Origin: Eledone cirrhosa | Lineage: Eukaryota | Length of the DNA stretch: 64,000 nucleotides | NCBI GenBank assembly: GCA_964016885.1 | Contig: OZ024743.1 | Span: 54,560,001-54,624,000 of the forward strand | Reading direction: 5' to 3' | Shown: piece after piece, positions 13,291-29,600 of the stretch | Numbering within the stretch: the first letter of the stretch is position 1 | Layout of the letters: every line of letters starts with the position of its first letter | Position numbers and translations under genes: made by a program | Notes under the pieces: model-generated | The model's database searches: none | Seen by the model: the letters and a program-made list of their open reading frames with translations, nothing else | What the model was told of the DNA's origin: nothing

Positions 13291-14186
13291 GACTCCTTAA
13301 CAATGTTTTATACCTTTGAAGAAACTATTCAAGCTACTACAATAGATTGAAGTGAAGTGAACCTAATAAGTTGTGATCGATGAAGCTGAGAAAAAGTCAT
13401 TCATAATATCCCTCAAGCTAATATATTAGAATTACCGGGACAACGCCCTGAGTTAATAAACCATATCGACTCCAGCACTATTTTTGACAGATTGGCTAAG
13501 TATTTTATCGATCGCTGTTTTCGTCGAACCGCTAAGATACGGGACTTAAACACAGACACAAACGTAAACATAAACCGGATCACACACATGCACACATACA
13601 AACACATATGCACATACACAGGAAATCTAAAATGTTGTTTAATACTACTACTGTGATTCTTTCTGTCTCTCACCCTGTCTCTTTATCTATCTAATTATAT
13701 CTGTTACTTTTTGTTCTTCCTGCTGTGGTTCTTACTCTTGTCTTAACCCCACTACATACAGGTTTCATGCCAAGCTTCTTTCTCACCCTTCTGTAATTTT
13801 ACCACCTTCGTTTATTATATTTATTAGTTCCAGAGCCATTGTTCGAATTAACTTGTATTAATCTCTCTGTTCCTCCTACGATTACATACATAAATTTGTG
13901 TTATATTTTTCCTGCGTTTGATTGAAGCAATCTTTCTGTCCTGTATCAGTATGTAGATATTTCGTCGTGTTTCCATGTCCAATGAGTCGATAAGATCCGA
14001 TCTGAATAGTTGTTTTCTTGCCCAGTATTCGTTTGATTTCATCCTGAATAGCTCTGAAATTTTAGAGATTATTGATGCCCTTGGAAGGATAGCATAATCT
14101 TTAAAGCATCCAGATGGATGATGACCAGTAGATGGCGGATGAACTGGAACTATTTATCTGTCAATCTTTCCCAAGTGTTCTGTGTC

Positions 14187-14261
<75 letters not shown>

Positions 14262-16271
14262 CACACACATACATACACACATACATACTCATACGCACAC
14301 ACACACACACACACATGCTTATATAAATATATATAGAAATAAATAAATAGATAGATAGATAAATAGATATACGACGGGCTTCTGCAGTTTCTGCTTACTT
14401 AATTCAATGAAAAAGCATTGCTCAACCCAGAAGCATAAACTTGCGAAGTGAACTCCTTAACCATAATCTGACTGAGGTAAGTCTTGTGGCTTGAGACGTA
14501 TAGTGTTGAAGTCACCCGTAGCAACTTTAAATATAAAATGACATTGGCAAATGAAAGAAAACGCAGCTGTTGGGGTATGTATAGTGTTTGTATAGTTAGT
14601 TGTTGTGTTGCTTGTGTTGCTGAACCCCACCCCCCTCCCCACTTCCTCCGCGAATTCACTGATGTCGGTATGTTTTTGTTTGCTCTTCAGAAAACCACAA
14701 AGCAACGACCCCTTTAATGTTTTAAAAGAGAGACATCAAGAAACCGAAAAATAACGACGACAAAAAGAGACAAGGTTTAAAAAGTAAATATACATATGTC
14801 GTAAAAGTTTTACCTTCGTGTGATTTATTATCTGAATGTTAAATGATTTAGAAATTCCCTGAAGACATTTTTTTACAGATAATAACAAACGAAAAGTATA
14901 TATACATGTGGTTAGTTGTGTGTTCTGCTAAATAATAATAATGATATTTTTAAAAAAGCACCAGGGATTAGCGAGACAAGATTAAATGCAATGTTTAGCT
15001 GTGTTTAGCAGATACGTCACACATGCAAAAATTTGCTATTATCGTAGACTTTTCTTGTTAGGTTTATTTTTTCAAAATGTTTTTCTTTACATATTTGATG
15101 AATTTTACAGACATCTACTCTGTTCGTCGACTGCCGAGGAATGGACTTTCGCTGGTTTCGACGATCAGTGTTTCATTTGTCCAAACAACAGAACAGCCTG
15201 CTCATGAAATTAATGTGTAAGTGGCTGAGCATTCCACATACACGTGTACCCATAAATAATTTTCAGTGTGTGCTGAGGATGGCCGTTTGAATTAGCGGTA
15301 CATTTCATCTGACGCGCTTCCAAACAGTTCCCGTCTCCCGATTTTCAGCAACATGGTACGAGTCGACTCGAGGTTTTGATTACTAACACATGCCAAGCAA
15401 GGTGGTCGAACCCGGGATCTAATAATTGCGTAGTGAACTCCTTAGCCATTCATCGATGCTGTGCTTTAACAACATCCTGCTATCCAAACATTTCCCATCT
15501 TCTATTTGGTTTAGAAGAGACAGGAAACATTAGGAGGGGCTGAAGAAAATTTCTTCCGTATTTACTTATGCCCCTTTATGTTCTGGGTTCAATTATCTCT
15601 ATGGATAGTTTTGATTCTCTTAGAAAAGTAGAAGCGGACAGAAAATAGCGTTCGTTTATGTCTGTATGTATATATGTCTGTCTGATTGTATGTATTTATG
15701 TGTGTATGTATGTATGTATGTGTGTGTATATGTGCATGTATATATGTATATATGTATGTGTGCATGTATGTATGTTTTCCTTTTTAAATGATGTCCTAAC
15801 AAGGACTAGGGATCTTCATTCTCGGTGTGCTAACCACGCACTTGTGCACCAAACCTAGTATTTCCATGTTCCAACCAGTGACGTTAACCTGTTCATCTAT
15901 CGTCGTTGTTCAGAGAGTGGGATTGGTCCAATGCATGGATTTTCTTGACTTAAAAAACTTGAAGCACAGCATGTTTCATAGTGGGGTGAAATTAAAGTGA
16001 CTGGGAATTCTACAGACACGTTCATCTTTCATGTAATTCCCAGAGAGATTCAAGGTGACATTGTGTGACAAGACTGGCCCTTTTAGCTTACAAGTACAGT
16101 CCGAACAGTGTCTGTCTACCGAATTCAATCACAAGCCATGGATCGACACGAGGCTATGGTAAATGACGCATGCGCTAGCTGCCACACAATGGGATCCTAC
16201 TAGCGATCTAATTTTCAGAAGCGAACCACGCTGCGTCCATTTGTTTCAAACATATAAAAAATATAAGCACT

Positions 16272-16305
<34 letters not shown>

Positions 16306-16308
<3 letters not shown>

Positions 16309-16990
16309 GTATATATATAAAGATGAAGTTTTCTGTATGTGTGTGTGTGGACAATTTTTAATGAGGGCTCATATATTCTAAACCATTGATGCGATTTCTT
16401 TGAAATTTTTTACAGAGCTTCTCCTTGCACAAAACCTGTACATGATCTACAAAGGCTTTCAAAAATCGATATTGGGGCCTTTGGAGACATTAAAAAATGT
16501 TCGGATATTTGTCTGAATTTTCGTGATTAAATAAGACAAGAGTTATCTTTCGTAGTTCGGCTCATTCGGATTTTAATTTACTCTTTGTACTTGAAACAAA
16601 AGGTCCTTGAAACTAACAATATCCTTTTGTATATTTCACAACCAGCAATTTCTAACAGATTACTAAGTTAAGTTATAGATTTGACATTGTATAATTTATC
16701 GTTTCAAGTTTGATGTTCATACATTAAGTGATGTCATAACTTTTACAATATTATGCTTTATACAGAATAGTGTCTATTATTCACTTCACTTCTCTATTTT
16801 ATGATGCGCTGTTACAGTTGTCAAAAAGACACCGAGCTTACATATTAATTATTTCACTGGAATAGTGCCTAAGGTTTTCATGTTTACATAAAGTACGCTT
16901 TTCTTCTATGTATTCAAATTTACTTTGTTTAGTTTAATGAGCTACATCGAAAGCTACTTGAACCGTCCAAAGGACGGGTAGTTTAGCTGG
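16306..16990 (+). mobile_element. Non-autonomous Helitron, copy 2
   Basis: Homologous to 778-1506; 5' TC, hairpin CCGTCC-AAA-GGACGG, 3' CTGG (CTRR); inserted between A and T of a (TA)n tract. Confidence 0.8.
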
Positions 16991-17026
<36 letters not shown>

Positions 17027-17140
17027 TGTATGTATGTATGTATGTATGTATGTATGTGTATATATATATATGCATATATATATATGTATTTATATAAATA
17101 TGCATGTATATATATATATGTGTGTATATGTATATATATA

Positions 17141-17190
<50 letters not shown>

Positions 17191-17194
<4 letters not shown>

Positions 17195-17510
17195 TGTACT
17201 ATTTGTTAAAAACTTTTATATTTACAACAATGTTTTCATGTAACTTTAAAAAATGCACCTGCACTCAAGTGTATATATACATATATATATATTTATATGG
17301 GGGGATGCGCGTGTTTGTCTGAGAGAGAGAGTGTGTGTGTTTGGTGCATATATGCACCACACACACACACTCTCTCTCTCAGACAAACACGCGCATCCCT
17401 CCATATAAATATATATATATGTATATATACACTTGAGTGCAGGTGCATTTTTTAAAGTTACATGAAAACATTGTTGTAAATATAAAAGTTTTTAACAAAT
17501 AGTACATGCA
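17191..17510. repeat. 320-bp spacer-less palindrome
   Basis: Arms of 160 bp, centre GGTGCATA|TATGCACC at 17350/17351, about 2 mismatches, flanked by (TA)n. Confidence 0.95.
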
Positions 17511-18439
17511 TATATATATATATCTGTGTTTGTGTGTATACACAGTTTTATATATATGTATGTGTGTGTGTGTGTATGTGTGTGTGTGCTTTTGTGCGTG
17601 CGTGTGTGTATGTGTGTGTGTTTGTACATATGTGTGTGTGTGGAACGAGAGTGGGGATAAAGAGAGAGAGAGTAAACGAGGTTATATATTGTTCAGTAAA
17701 CATTTGTGAACAATTCGCCATAAATTTTAAACTAAAGATAAAGCCAGTCTGCAGAGTAAAGTTAGTGAATGGTGTATGAACAATGCCTTGTATCTGCGAC
17801 AAAATTATCGTTTAGCTGGCAAATAAACATTCCAATACTAATGCTAAACGAGGGAATTTTGCTGTTCTATTCTGCTAATGGCTTGCATTTATGTATTTTA
17901 TGGTAGAGTCAATGTTTAGCGTTGATGTTCAGCATTTATATGTTTTAAACTCACTGGGAATGTAGAAACATAAGCAGAGTCGGAGCTACTATTAGGCTAA
18001 GTAGATAGCCAATTAAGGCGCAGAACTCAGAAAGGTGTATTACTGAACCTTAAAGGATCAGTTTTATACACATTTCTATAATTGAATGAAATATATAATA
18101 ATACCCTACAATCAATTTATATAACAATAAATAGTCTTTATGATTCTTACATGATTTCACGAGGGTGGGTGTGGACTGTGTAGCGGAAAATGCAAGCTTA
18201 ATCTTTCTCTTAGAGTGGTTAGAGGAAAAGCTGTGAAAAACTAGTTTTGTTTAACTGGCTAAACTGTAAGTTAAAATTGTTTTATATGGGTGAATTGGAT
18301 GCATCACTGTATGGTTGATCTAATGTACTAAATACCTAACGTAGAGTATGTGTAAGTGAATAGTAAAGTGAATAACCAGTAAAATGAAAAATAAATGGGC
18401 TTTCGTCGGTTTTGAAGAGGAGTATTGCAGTTGATACAA

Positions 18440-18716
18440 TCAATGGAACAGCTTGTAGGTGAAATTAACGTGCATGTAGCTTAGGATTTTATAGACAGTT
18501 GCACCCTTAATATAGTTAACAGAGAGGCTCGACATAATACAGTGTGTGATAAGGCTGGGCCATTGAATCAGATGTATAACTCATGTTTTCCAGCTGACTC
18601 GACTGAGGCAACGTGAAATAAACTGTCTTGTTCGATGACACAACGCAGCACCAGGAGTCAAATTTATATTACCATCGAGAGTCGAATACCCTAACCAGAA
18701 AGCTATGCACCTTCAC
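18440..18716 (-). mobile_element. tRNA-derived SINE (family B)
   Basis: GTGATAAGGCTGGGCC...GACTGAGGCAACGTGAAATAAA.TGTCTTG...CCCTAACCA...GCACCTTCAC. Related copies at ~8075-8190, 19020-19160, 55040-55152 and 61870-62130. Confidence 0.6.
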
Positions 18717-19394
18717 ATAATTTTGATAATCCATCCATCCATGACCCCTGAACTCCGAAGGAATCGTAATGGTACCGTTGTAATACACGGCGTGTATTGG
18801 GTATTTAAGCCTGGCGGTTCCCATCCTTCTCCGGGTGTGTGTGCAGCCTATTATTTACAGAGAGAGGAGAGCGAGAGAGTAGAGTAGAGAGAGAGAGCGA
18901 GAAAGAGAGAGGCAGAGAGAGTGAGAGAGCGAGAGAAAGAGAGAGAGAGAGAGGGCAGAGAGATCGACCCCAATACTGGATTGATACTTTATTTATTGAA
19001 GTACATGTAGAACTAATTTTCTTCCAGTTGAGTTGAATTGACCAGCATGAAATAGAGTTCTTTGCTCAAGCATACAACACGTCACCCGCTCGGGGAATCG
19101 AATTCACAATCTTTTAAACGTGAGCCGAACGCGCTAACCACTATGGCACGCACGCACCTTTTCGCAAACTATCAAATTATTGCTGATATGACAGATTGCA
19201 GTATGTTTCGACTGCAGATGTTCAAAGACAATTTTCTCTGCTCGGATTATTTTACATCGCCATCTTCTATTGATAGAGTTCAACAACTACAATCCATCAT
19301 CATATGTACCACATGCAACATAAACGTATATAGTTACACTCATAGCTCAGTCAGCGTTTTACAATGACAAAAAAATAAAAATACTATTATTACT

Positions 19395-19601
19395 CCAGAA
19401 ACAACAACACCACCACCATTAACACCATCACTAATACCACCATCGCGAAAACTACCACCACTACCAACACTACCAACACTACCAATACCACCACCAATAC
19501 CACCACCAATACCACCACCAACACCAACACCAATACCAGCGTCACCACCACCACCACATCGACCACCACCACCACCACCAACAACACTACTACTACTACT
19601 A

Positions 19602-19634
<33 letters not shown>

Positions 19635-19635
19635 T

Positions 19636-19683
<48 letters not shown>
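19395..19683. repeat. Compound (CAC/AAC)n-(TAC)n-(GAT)n microsatellite
   Basis: Direct reading of the sequence. Confidence 0.95.
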
Positions 19684-19686
<3 letters not shown>

Positions 19687-20190
19687 AGTAAAAGACAAAG
19701 AATATAATCGGGGTTGGGAGGTGGGATAATATATACAATTCAGAATCAATACCTCCACTTCAATTTTTTTCAAAGGATCAAAATAATAGAAAAAGATCTA
19801 TAAACAATATATATTAAGAAGGCCATAATTATCCTATATATCAGAAAGGAATTTAATAACAGCATACTTTCAAATATAAACCTATATATATTGCCTCTGT
19901 ATTACATATGGAATAAAGTTTCGTTGTTATTCAGATGTCTTATTAGTAAGCTAGTAATACTGTAGCCCACCCAATTATGTGTTGTGTAGAGCAAGGAGGC
20001 ACTTTCGTTAGAGACATACATCACCCACGCCTTCTCCTTTTTCTTGAGCTGGCTTTTTGACGCGCAATCGTTGGCAAAAGACGTAATGTTGTTGTTGCTT
20101 GTGTTGGTGGTGTGGTAGTTGTTTTTGTTGTTCTTGTCAAGTTAAGATTTCTAATTAAGTTGGGAGACGTTGGTAATGCCGCGTGTGTGT

Positions 20191-20901
<711 letters not shown>

Positions 20902-21083
20902 ATATATCTCTATATCTATATATGTTATAGATATTTTTCTTATGACAGGCTGAATTAGTTTGGGTCCAGAACCCAACGAAATTTAAGCACCTGTTCATGT
21001 CTCTGCTGTAATTATTTATACTAAACTCGTCCTATGGACTGAGTGCTCTTACCCTTGGATATTTCTACCAAGCCATTACAACA

Positions 21084-21150
<67 letters not shown>

Positions 21151-21369
21151 GCTATACAGGGCTTCCCGATGGTTTCTCCCGAATGAAACAGTTCTAGTCC
21201 TGTAGACGCTATTTCTATATTGATTATTTATACTCTGCTATATATTAAGTACCTTACTTACTGTGGTTACCTCCGATTGAACCCGGTATATATATATATA
21301 CTGACGAAGGGCTAATTTTATCAGATGTAACCCATGTGCAACCACGCAGTATTCTTCTTTCTTCTCATG

Positions 21370-21476
<107 letters not shown>

Positions 21477-21566
21477 ATATATATTTGTGTATAGTGGTAG
21501 CTATGGTGCTTCCGTAGGCGGTATGCCAAAATTAGCACTCGATATTCATCAGAGTAGAGTGTAGGA

Positions 21567-21900
21567 ATTATCAGAAAAACGAAAAATCAGTGATGCATCT
21601 GGACTTAGTTTATTTCGTGTTACAAATGTTTCGCCGGCATGTAGCTCGAGTCATGGTCCGTGTATGGATCTGGCTGATTCTACTTCTGCGGGTTCTTTCA
21701 GACACGAGTGTTATGTCCGCAGCAAATTTTATCACAGTGATAAAATTTGCTCTGGACATAACAGACGTGTCTGAAAGAACCCGCAGAAGTAGAATCAGCC
21801 AGATCCATACACGGACCATGACTCGAGCTACATGCCGGCGAAACATTTGTAACACGAAATAAACTAAGTTCAGATGCATCACTGATTTTTCGTTTTTCTG

Positions 21901-21905
<5 letters not shown>
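21567..21905. repeat. 339-bp palindrome (1-nt loop) of a Penelope pLTR-like sequence
   Basis: Centre TTTTATCAC-A-GTGATAAAA at 21736; arms differ at about 5 positions; each arm holds a hammerhead-like core. Confidence 0.92.
21766..21856 (+). ncRNA. Hammerhead-like motif (variant core, long stem II); mirrored on the minus strand at ~21616-21706
   Basis: CGUGU-CUGAAAGA-[~60 nt stem II]-GAAAC-AUUU-GUA/ACACG. Stem I has 5-6 bp; the core has one extra A and the base of stem II is imperfect. Confidence 0.45.
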
Positions 21906-21941
<36 letters not shown>

Positions 21942-22251
21942 CGTTTTGATACAGTGCTCTAGCATGGCCGTAGTCCAATGAATGAATCATTGATAGAATA
22001 AATTAATGAAATAATACATCAACTTAGACAAACAGCACAATGGTGATTATTAGGTGCAGATTACGGTTAGGAGGGGGTCACGTTTCGTGCCAGGAAGAAT
22101 TATCCAACAATTCTCTTTTATAATAAACAAGACTCTAATCCTTTTTTGCTTGCGTGTGAATGTATATATGTGTGCATGTATCCGTGTGTGCGTGTGCGTG
22201 TGTGTGTGTGTGCATGCACATATTTGCGTGTGTATATGGATCTGTGAATAC

Positions 22252-22311
<60 letters not shown>

Positions 22312-22379
22312 TATATGTATATATATATATATGTATATGCATATATATATATGTATGTATATGCATATATGTGTGTATA

Positions 22380-22453
<74 letters not shown>

Positions 22454-22619
22454 TATATGTATATGCATATATATATATGTATATGCATATATATATATGT
22501 ATGTATATGCATATATGTGTGTATATGCATATATATATATATGATATGTATATGCATATATATATGTGTGTGTGTATATGCATATATATATGTGTAAGCA
22601 TATATATATGTATATGCAA

Positions 22620-22650
<31 letters not shown>

Positions 22651-22719
22651 CATATACATTTGTATGTATTTATGTGCATAGAATTGCGAATATACATAAT
22701 GACTTGCGTTTGCATATAC

Positions 22720-22774
<55 letters not shown>

Positions 22775-23372
22775 TTATATGTTATCATAAGCAAGTGTTT
22801 GAATGTATGCATGTATGCATGCAAAGCATCCACTTGACACATTGCACTTACTTCTAACATAGTCAGCTGTAGCATGGCCCTGTTGAAAGAGAAATAGACG
22901 GAGAGAGAGACAGAGAGTGAGAGAGGGAGAGAAAGAAAGAGAGTTGAAGAAAGTGTGGATGTGACCTGGTTATTCCTGAGGGAGCAGAGGTCACCACAGT
23001 CTGTCAAATGAAACGTGTGTTTGTCTGATATGAACACAACAGTAGAGCCATAGAACGTATTTCTGGAAACAGTTCCGAACTTATTCCCTGGACGCCAATC
23101 AATGCCAACCAGACAACGGAAGCTGTCAGAAATAATTACGAAACACATTTAACGCCATGTTGCCGTGTAAAATGAAATGTTTTGCATTAGCGCCCTCCAC
23201 CACCTCCACTCCCACTCTCCTCCTCCTCCTCCTCCCCTCCTCCACCCTCTCCCCTACTCCCTCTACTCCTCCTCCCACCTTCCACCTCATCATCCAGCTT
23301 CATTTCCCCTTCATTCTCGCCTAACTAAATACAAATCGACTCCGCCGCAGCACTGATCCCAACCACCTCTGA

Positions 23373-26300
23373 TCCACACCGCCACTGCACCACACCGCCA
23401 CTACACCACACCGCCACTACACCACACCACCACTACACCACACCGCCACTACATCACACCGCCACTACACCACACCGCCACTACACCACACCGCCACTAC
23501 ATCACACCGCCACTACATCACTACATCAACGCTGCACCACACCGCCAACACATCACATCAACATTGCACCACACCGCCACTACACCACACAGCCACTACA
23601 TCACACCAACACTGCACCACACCGCCACTACATCACACAGCCACCACATCACATCATCATTGCACCACACCGCCACTACACCACACCGCCACTACATCAC
23701 ACCAACACTGCACCACACCGCCACTACATCACACCAACACTGCACCACACCGCCACTACATCACACCAACACTGCACCACACCGCCACTACATCACACCG
23801 CCACCACATCACATCATCATTGCACCACACCGCCACTACACCACACCGCCACTACATCACATCAACATTGCACCACACCGCCACTACACCACACCAACAC
23901 TGCACCACACTGCCACTACACCACACCGCCACTACATCACACCAACACTGCACCACACCGCCACTACATCACACCGCCACCACATCACATCAACATTGCA
24001 CCACACCACCACTACATCACACCACCACTACATCACACCATCACTGCACCACACCCCCACTACATCACACCGCCACCACATCACATCATCATTGCATCAC
24101 ACCGCCACTACACCACACCGCACCTACATCACACCAACACTGCACCACACCGCCACTACATCACACCGCCACCACATCACATCAACATTGCACCACACCG
24201 CCACTACACCACACCGCCACTACACCACACCGCCACTACATCACACCAACACTGCACCACACCGCCACTACATCACTCCAAATTTGCACCACACTGCCAC
24301 TACACCACACCACCACTACACCACACCACCACTACACCACACCACCCCTGCACCACACTGCCACTACACCACACCGCCACTACATCAGACCAAACTGCAC
24401 CACACCGCCACTACACCACACCGCCACTACATCACACCAACACTGCAACACACCGCCACTACACCACACTGCCACTACACCACACCACCACTACATCACA
24501 CCAACACTGCACCACACCACCACTACAACACACCGCCACTATATCACACCAACACTGCACCACATCCCACCTACATCACATCAACACTGCACCACACCGC
24601 CACTACATCACACCACCACTACATCACATCAACACCGCACCACACCGCCACTACATCACACCACCACTACATCACATCAACACCGCACCACACCCCCACT
24701 ACATCACACCACCACTACATCACACCACCACTGCACCACACCCCCACTACATCACACCACCACTGCACCACACCGCCATTAAATAATACTACCACTGCAC
24801 CAAACCGCCACTGCAATACACCCACCTAAGAATCAGACCCCCACTACACCACACCACCACTACCTTCACGCCACCACTGTAACTTACACCACTCAGAATC
24901 ATACCCCACCACCACTGCACCACACCGCCACTACACCACACCACCACTACACCACACCACCACTACACCACGCCACCCCTGCACCACACCGCCAATGCAC
25001 CACACCGCCACTACACCACACCGCCAATGCACCACACCGCCACTACACCACACCGCCACTACACCACACCGCCACTACACCACACCGCCACTACATCATA
25101 CCAACACTGCACCACACCGCCACTACACCACAACGCCACTACATCACACCAACACTGCACCACACCGCCACTACACCACAACGCCACTACATCACACCAA
25201 CACTGCACCACACCGCCACTGCACAACACCGCCACTACATCACACCACCACTGCACCCCCCCCCACTACATCACACCACCACTGCACCACACCGCCATTA
25301 CATCATACTACCACTGCACCAAACCGCCACTGCAATACACCCCCCTAAGAATCAGACCCCCACTACACCACACCACCACTACACCACACCACCACTACAC
25401 CACACCATCCCTGCACCACACCGCCAATGCACCACACCGCCACTACACCACACCGCCAATGCACCACACCGCCACTACACCACACCGCCACTACACCACA
25501 CCGCCACTACATCATACCAACACTGCACCACACCGCCACTACATCACACCAACACTGCACCACACCACCACTGCACCACACCGCCACTACATCACACCAC
25601 CACTGCACCACACCGCCAGCACACCGCCACTACACCACACCACCACTGCACCACACCGCCAATGCACCACACCACCACTACACCACACCGCCAATGCAAC
25701 ACACCGCCACTGCACCACACCGCCACTACACCACACCGACAATGCACCAAACCGCCACTACACCACACCACCACTACACCACACCGCCACTGCACCACAC
25801 CACCACTACACCACCCTGCCACTGCACCACACCGCCACTGCACCACACTGCCAATGCACCACACCGCCACTGCACCACACCACCACTACACCACACTGCC
25901 AATGCACCACACCGCCACTGCACCACACCGCCACTACACCACACCGCCAATGCACCACACCGCCACTGCACCACACTGCCAATGCACCACACCGCCACTG
26001 CACCACACCGCCACTACACCACACTGCCAATGCACCACACCGCCACTGCACCACACCGCCACTGCACCACACCACCACTACACCATACAGCCACTACACC
26101 ACACTGCCACTGCACCACACCACCACTGCACCACACCGCCACTGCACCACACCACCACTACACCATACAGCCACTACACCACACTGCCAATGCACCACAC
26201 CGCCACTGCACCACACCGCCACTGCACCACACCACCACTACACCATACAGCCACTACACCCCACAGCCTCAGACTCTTACCACCTCTGCACCACACCCAC

Positions 26301-26600
26301 TCAGAATCATACCACCGCTGCACCACACCGCCACTACATCACTCCGCCACTACACCACACCGCCACTGCAACATTCCCCTAGAATCATATACCTACTGCA
26401 CCACACCCCCACTGCACCTCACCCCCACTGCACCACACCCCCATTTCACCACACCGCCACTGCACCACACCCCCATTGCACCACACCGCCACTACACCCC
26501 AACGCCACTGCACCACACCCCTACTGCAACATATCACCACTGTTATACCCCCGCCACAGGGTCATATCGCCACGACACCACATCACCTCTTATCCCCACC
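23373..26600. repeat. Satellite domain 1: 16-bp unit CCGCCACTACACCACA
   Basis: 16-bp periodicity; the artefactual ORFs repeat every 16 aa (3 units). Confidence 0.92.
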
Positions 26601-26659
26601 GCCACTGCACCACATATAGACTACAACTACATATCACCACCATACCACCAGCCTCCACA

Positions 26660-29600
26660 ATACCACACCACCACCCCACCACACCCTACACTATACCACA
26701 CCATCACATCAGCACTACACCAGACCACCACCCCACCACGCCACCACCCCACCACCCTACACTATACCACCATCCACACATCACAACTACACCAGACCCT
26801 CCCCACCCTACACTATACCACACCATCACATCACCACTACATCATACCACCACACTACCACATCACCACCCTACACTATACCACACCACCACACCTCCAC
26901 ACCACAACCCTACCACTCTAAACTATACCACACCATCACATCACCACACCACCACACCACCACCCCACCACCCCACACCCTACACTATACCACACCATCA
27001 CATCACCACACCACCACACCACCACACCACCACCCCACCACCCTACACTATAACGCCCCACCCTACACTATACCACACCATCACATAACCACCCCACCAC
27101 CCCACCACCCCACCATCCCACCACCCTACACTATACCACACCATCACACCACCACCCCATCACCCAACACTATACCACACCATCACATCACCACTACATC
27201 ATACCACCACACGACCACACAACCAGCCTACACTATACCACACCATCACATCACTACTACACCACACCACCACACCACCTAACCACCACCCTACACTATA
27301 CCACACCATCACATCACTACTACACCACACCACCACACCACCTAACCACCACCCTACACTATACCACACCATCACATCACCACTACACCACCCCACCACC
27401 CCACCTAAACCACCACACTACACTATACCACACCATCAGATCACCACTACACCCCACCACCACACCTCCACCCCACACCCCACCATCCCACCACCCTACA
27501 CTATACCACACCATCACATTAATACACTACACAACCACCCCACCAAACCACCACCCTACACTATACCCCCCCCCCACCACCCCACCACCCTACACTATAC
27601 CACACCATCACATCACCACTACACCACACCACCGCCCCACCTAAACCACCACCCTACACTACACCACACCATCACATCACTACTACACCACACAACCACC
27701 CCACCAAACCACCACCCTACAATATACCACACCATCACATCACCACTACACGACCCCCCCCCCCCCCACCACCCCCACCCTACACTATACCACACCATCA
27801 CATTACTACACCACACAACCACCCCACCAAACCACCACCCTACAATATACCACAGCATTACATCACCACTACACCACACTACCACCCCACCACCCCCACC
27901 CTACACTATACCACACCATCACATCACCACTACACCACACCACCACCCCACCACCCCCACCCTACACTATACCACACCATCACATCACCACTACACCACA
28001 CCACCACCCCACCTAAACCACCATCCTACACTATACCACACCATCACATCACCACTACATCACCCACCACCCTACACTATACCACACCACCACACCACTA
28101 CACCACCACCCCACCACCCTACACTATACCACACCATCACATCACCACTACACCACACCACCACCCCACCACCCCACCACCATATACTATACCACGCCAT
28201 CACATCACCACTACACCACACCACCACACCAACACCCTACACTATACCACACCACCACACCACCACACCACCACCCCACCACCCTACACTATACCACACC
28301 ATCACATCACCATTACACCACGCCACCACACCACCACACCACCACCCCACCACTCTACACTATACCACACCATCACATCACCACTACACCACACCACCAC
28401 CCCACCAAACTACCACCCTACACTATACCACACCGTCACATCACCACTACACCACACCACCACCCCACCACACCACCACCCTACACTATACCACACCATC
28501 ACATCACCACTACATCATACCACCACACTACCACATCACCACCCTACACTATACCACACCACCACACCTCCACACCACCACCCTACCACATTAAACTATA
28601 CCACACCATCACATCACCACACCACCACACCACCACCCCACCACCCCACAGCCTACACTATACCACACCATCACATCACCACACCACCACACCACCACCC
28701 CACCACCCCACAGCCTACACTATACCACACCATCACATCACCACACCACCACACCACCACACCACCACCCCACCACCGTACACTATAACGCCCCACCCTA
28801 CACTATACCACACCATCACATCACCACCCCACCACCCCACTACCCCACCATCCCACCACCCTACACTATACCACACCATCACACCACCACCCCATCACCC
28901 AACACTATACCACACCATCACATCACCACTACATCATACCACCACACGACCACCCCACCACCCTACACTATACCACACCATCACATCACTACTACACCAC
29001 ACCACCACACCACCTAACCACCACCCTACACTATACCACACCATCACATCACTACTACACCACACCACCACACCACCTAACCACCACCCTACACTATACC
29101 ACACCATCACATCACCACTACACCACCCCACCACCCCACCTAAACCGCCAGCCTACATTATACCCCCCCCCCACCCTACACTATTCCACATCACCACCCC
29201 ACCACCCCATCACCCTACACTATACCACACCATCACATCACCACTACATCATACCACCACACTACCACACCATCAGCCTACAATATACCCCCCCCCCCCT
29301 CACTCTACACTATACCACACCACCACACCACCACCCCACCACCACACATCCACACCCCCACCCCCACCCTACACTATACCACACCATCACATCACCACAC
29401 CACCACACCACCACCACACATCCACCCCCCACCCCCACCCTACACTATACCACACCATCACACCACCACCCCATCACCCAACACTATACCACACCATCAC
29501 ATCACTACTACACCACACCACCACACCACCTAACCACCACCCTACACTATACCACACCATCACATCACCACTACACCACACCACACCACCATCCCACCAA

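Noticed and set aside
21301-21340. Hammerhead starting CTGACGAAGGG...CCC
   Set aside because: No GAAA follows the putative stem II; at best a truncated relic.
23564-27088. Long His/Thr/Pro-rich ORFs (320-553 aa)
   Set aside because: They are open in all three frames because the 16-bp C/A satellite rarely forms stop codons; no frame preference and no splice or promoter evidence.
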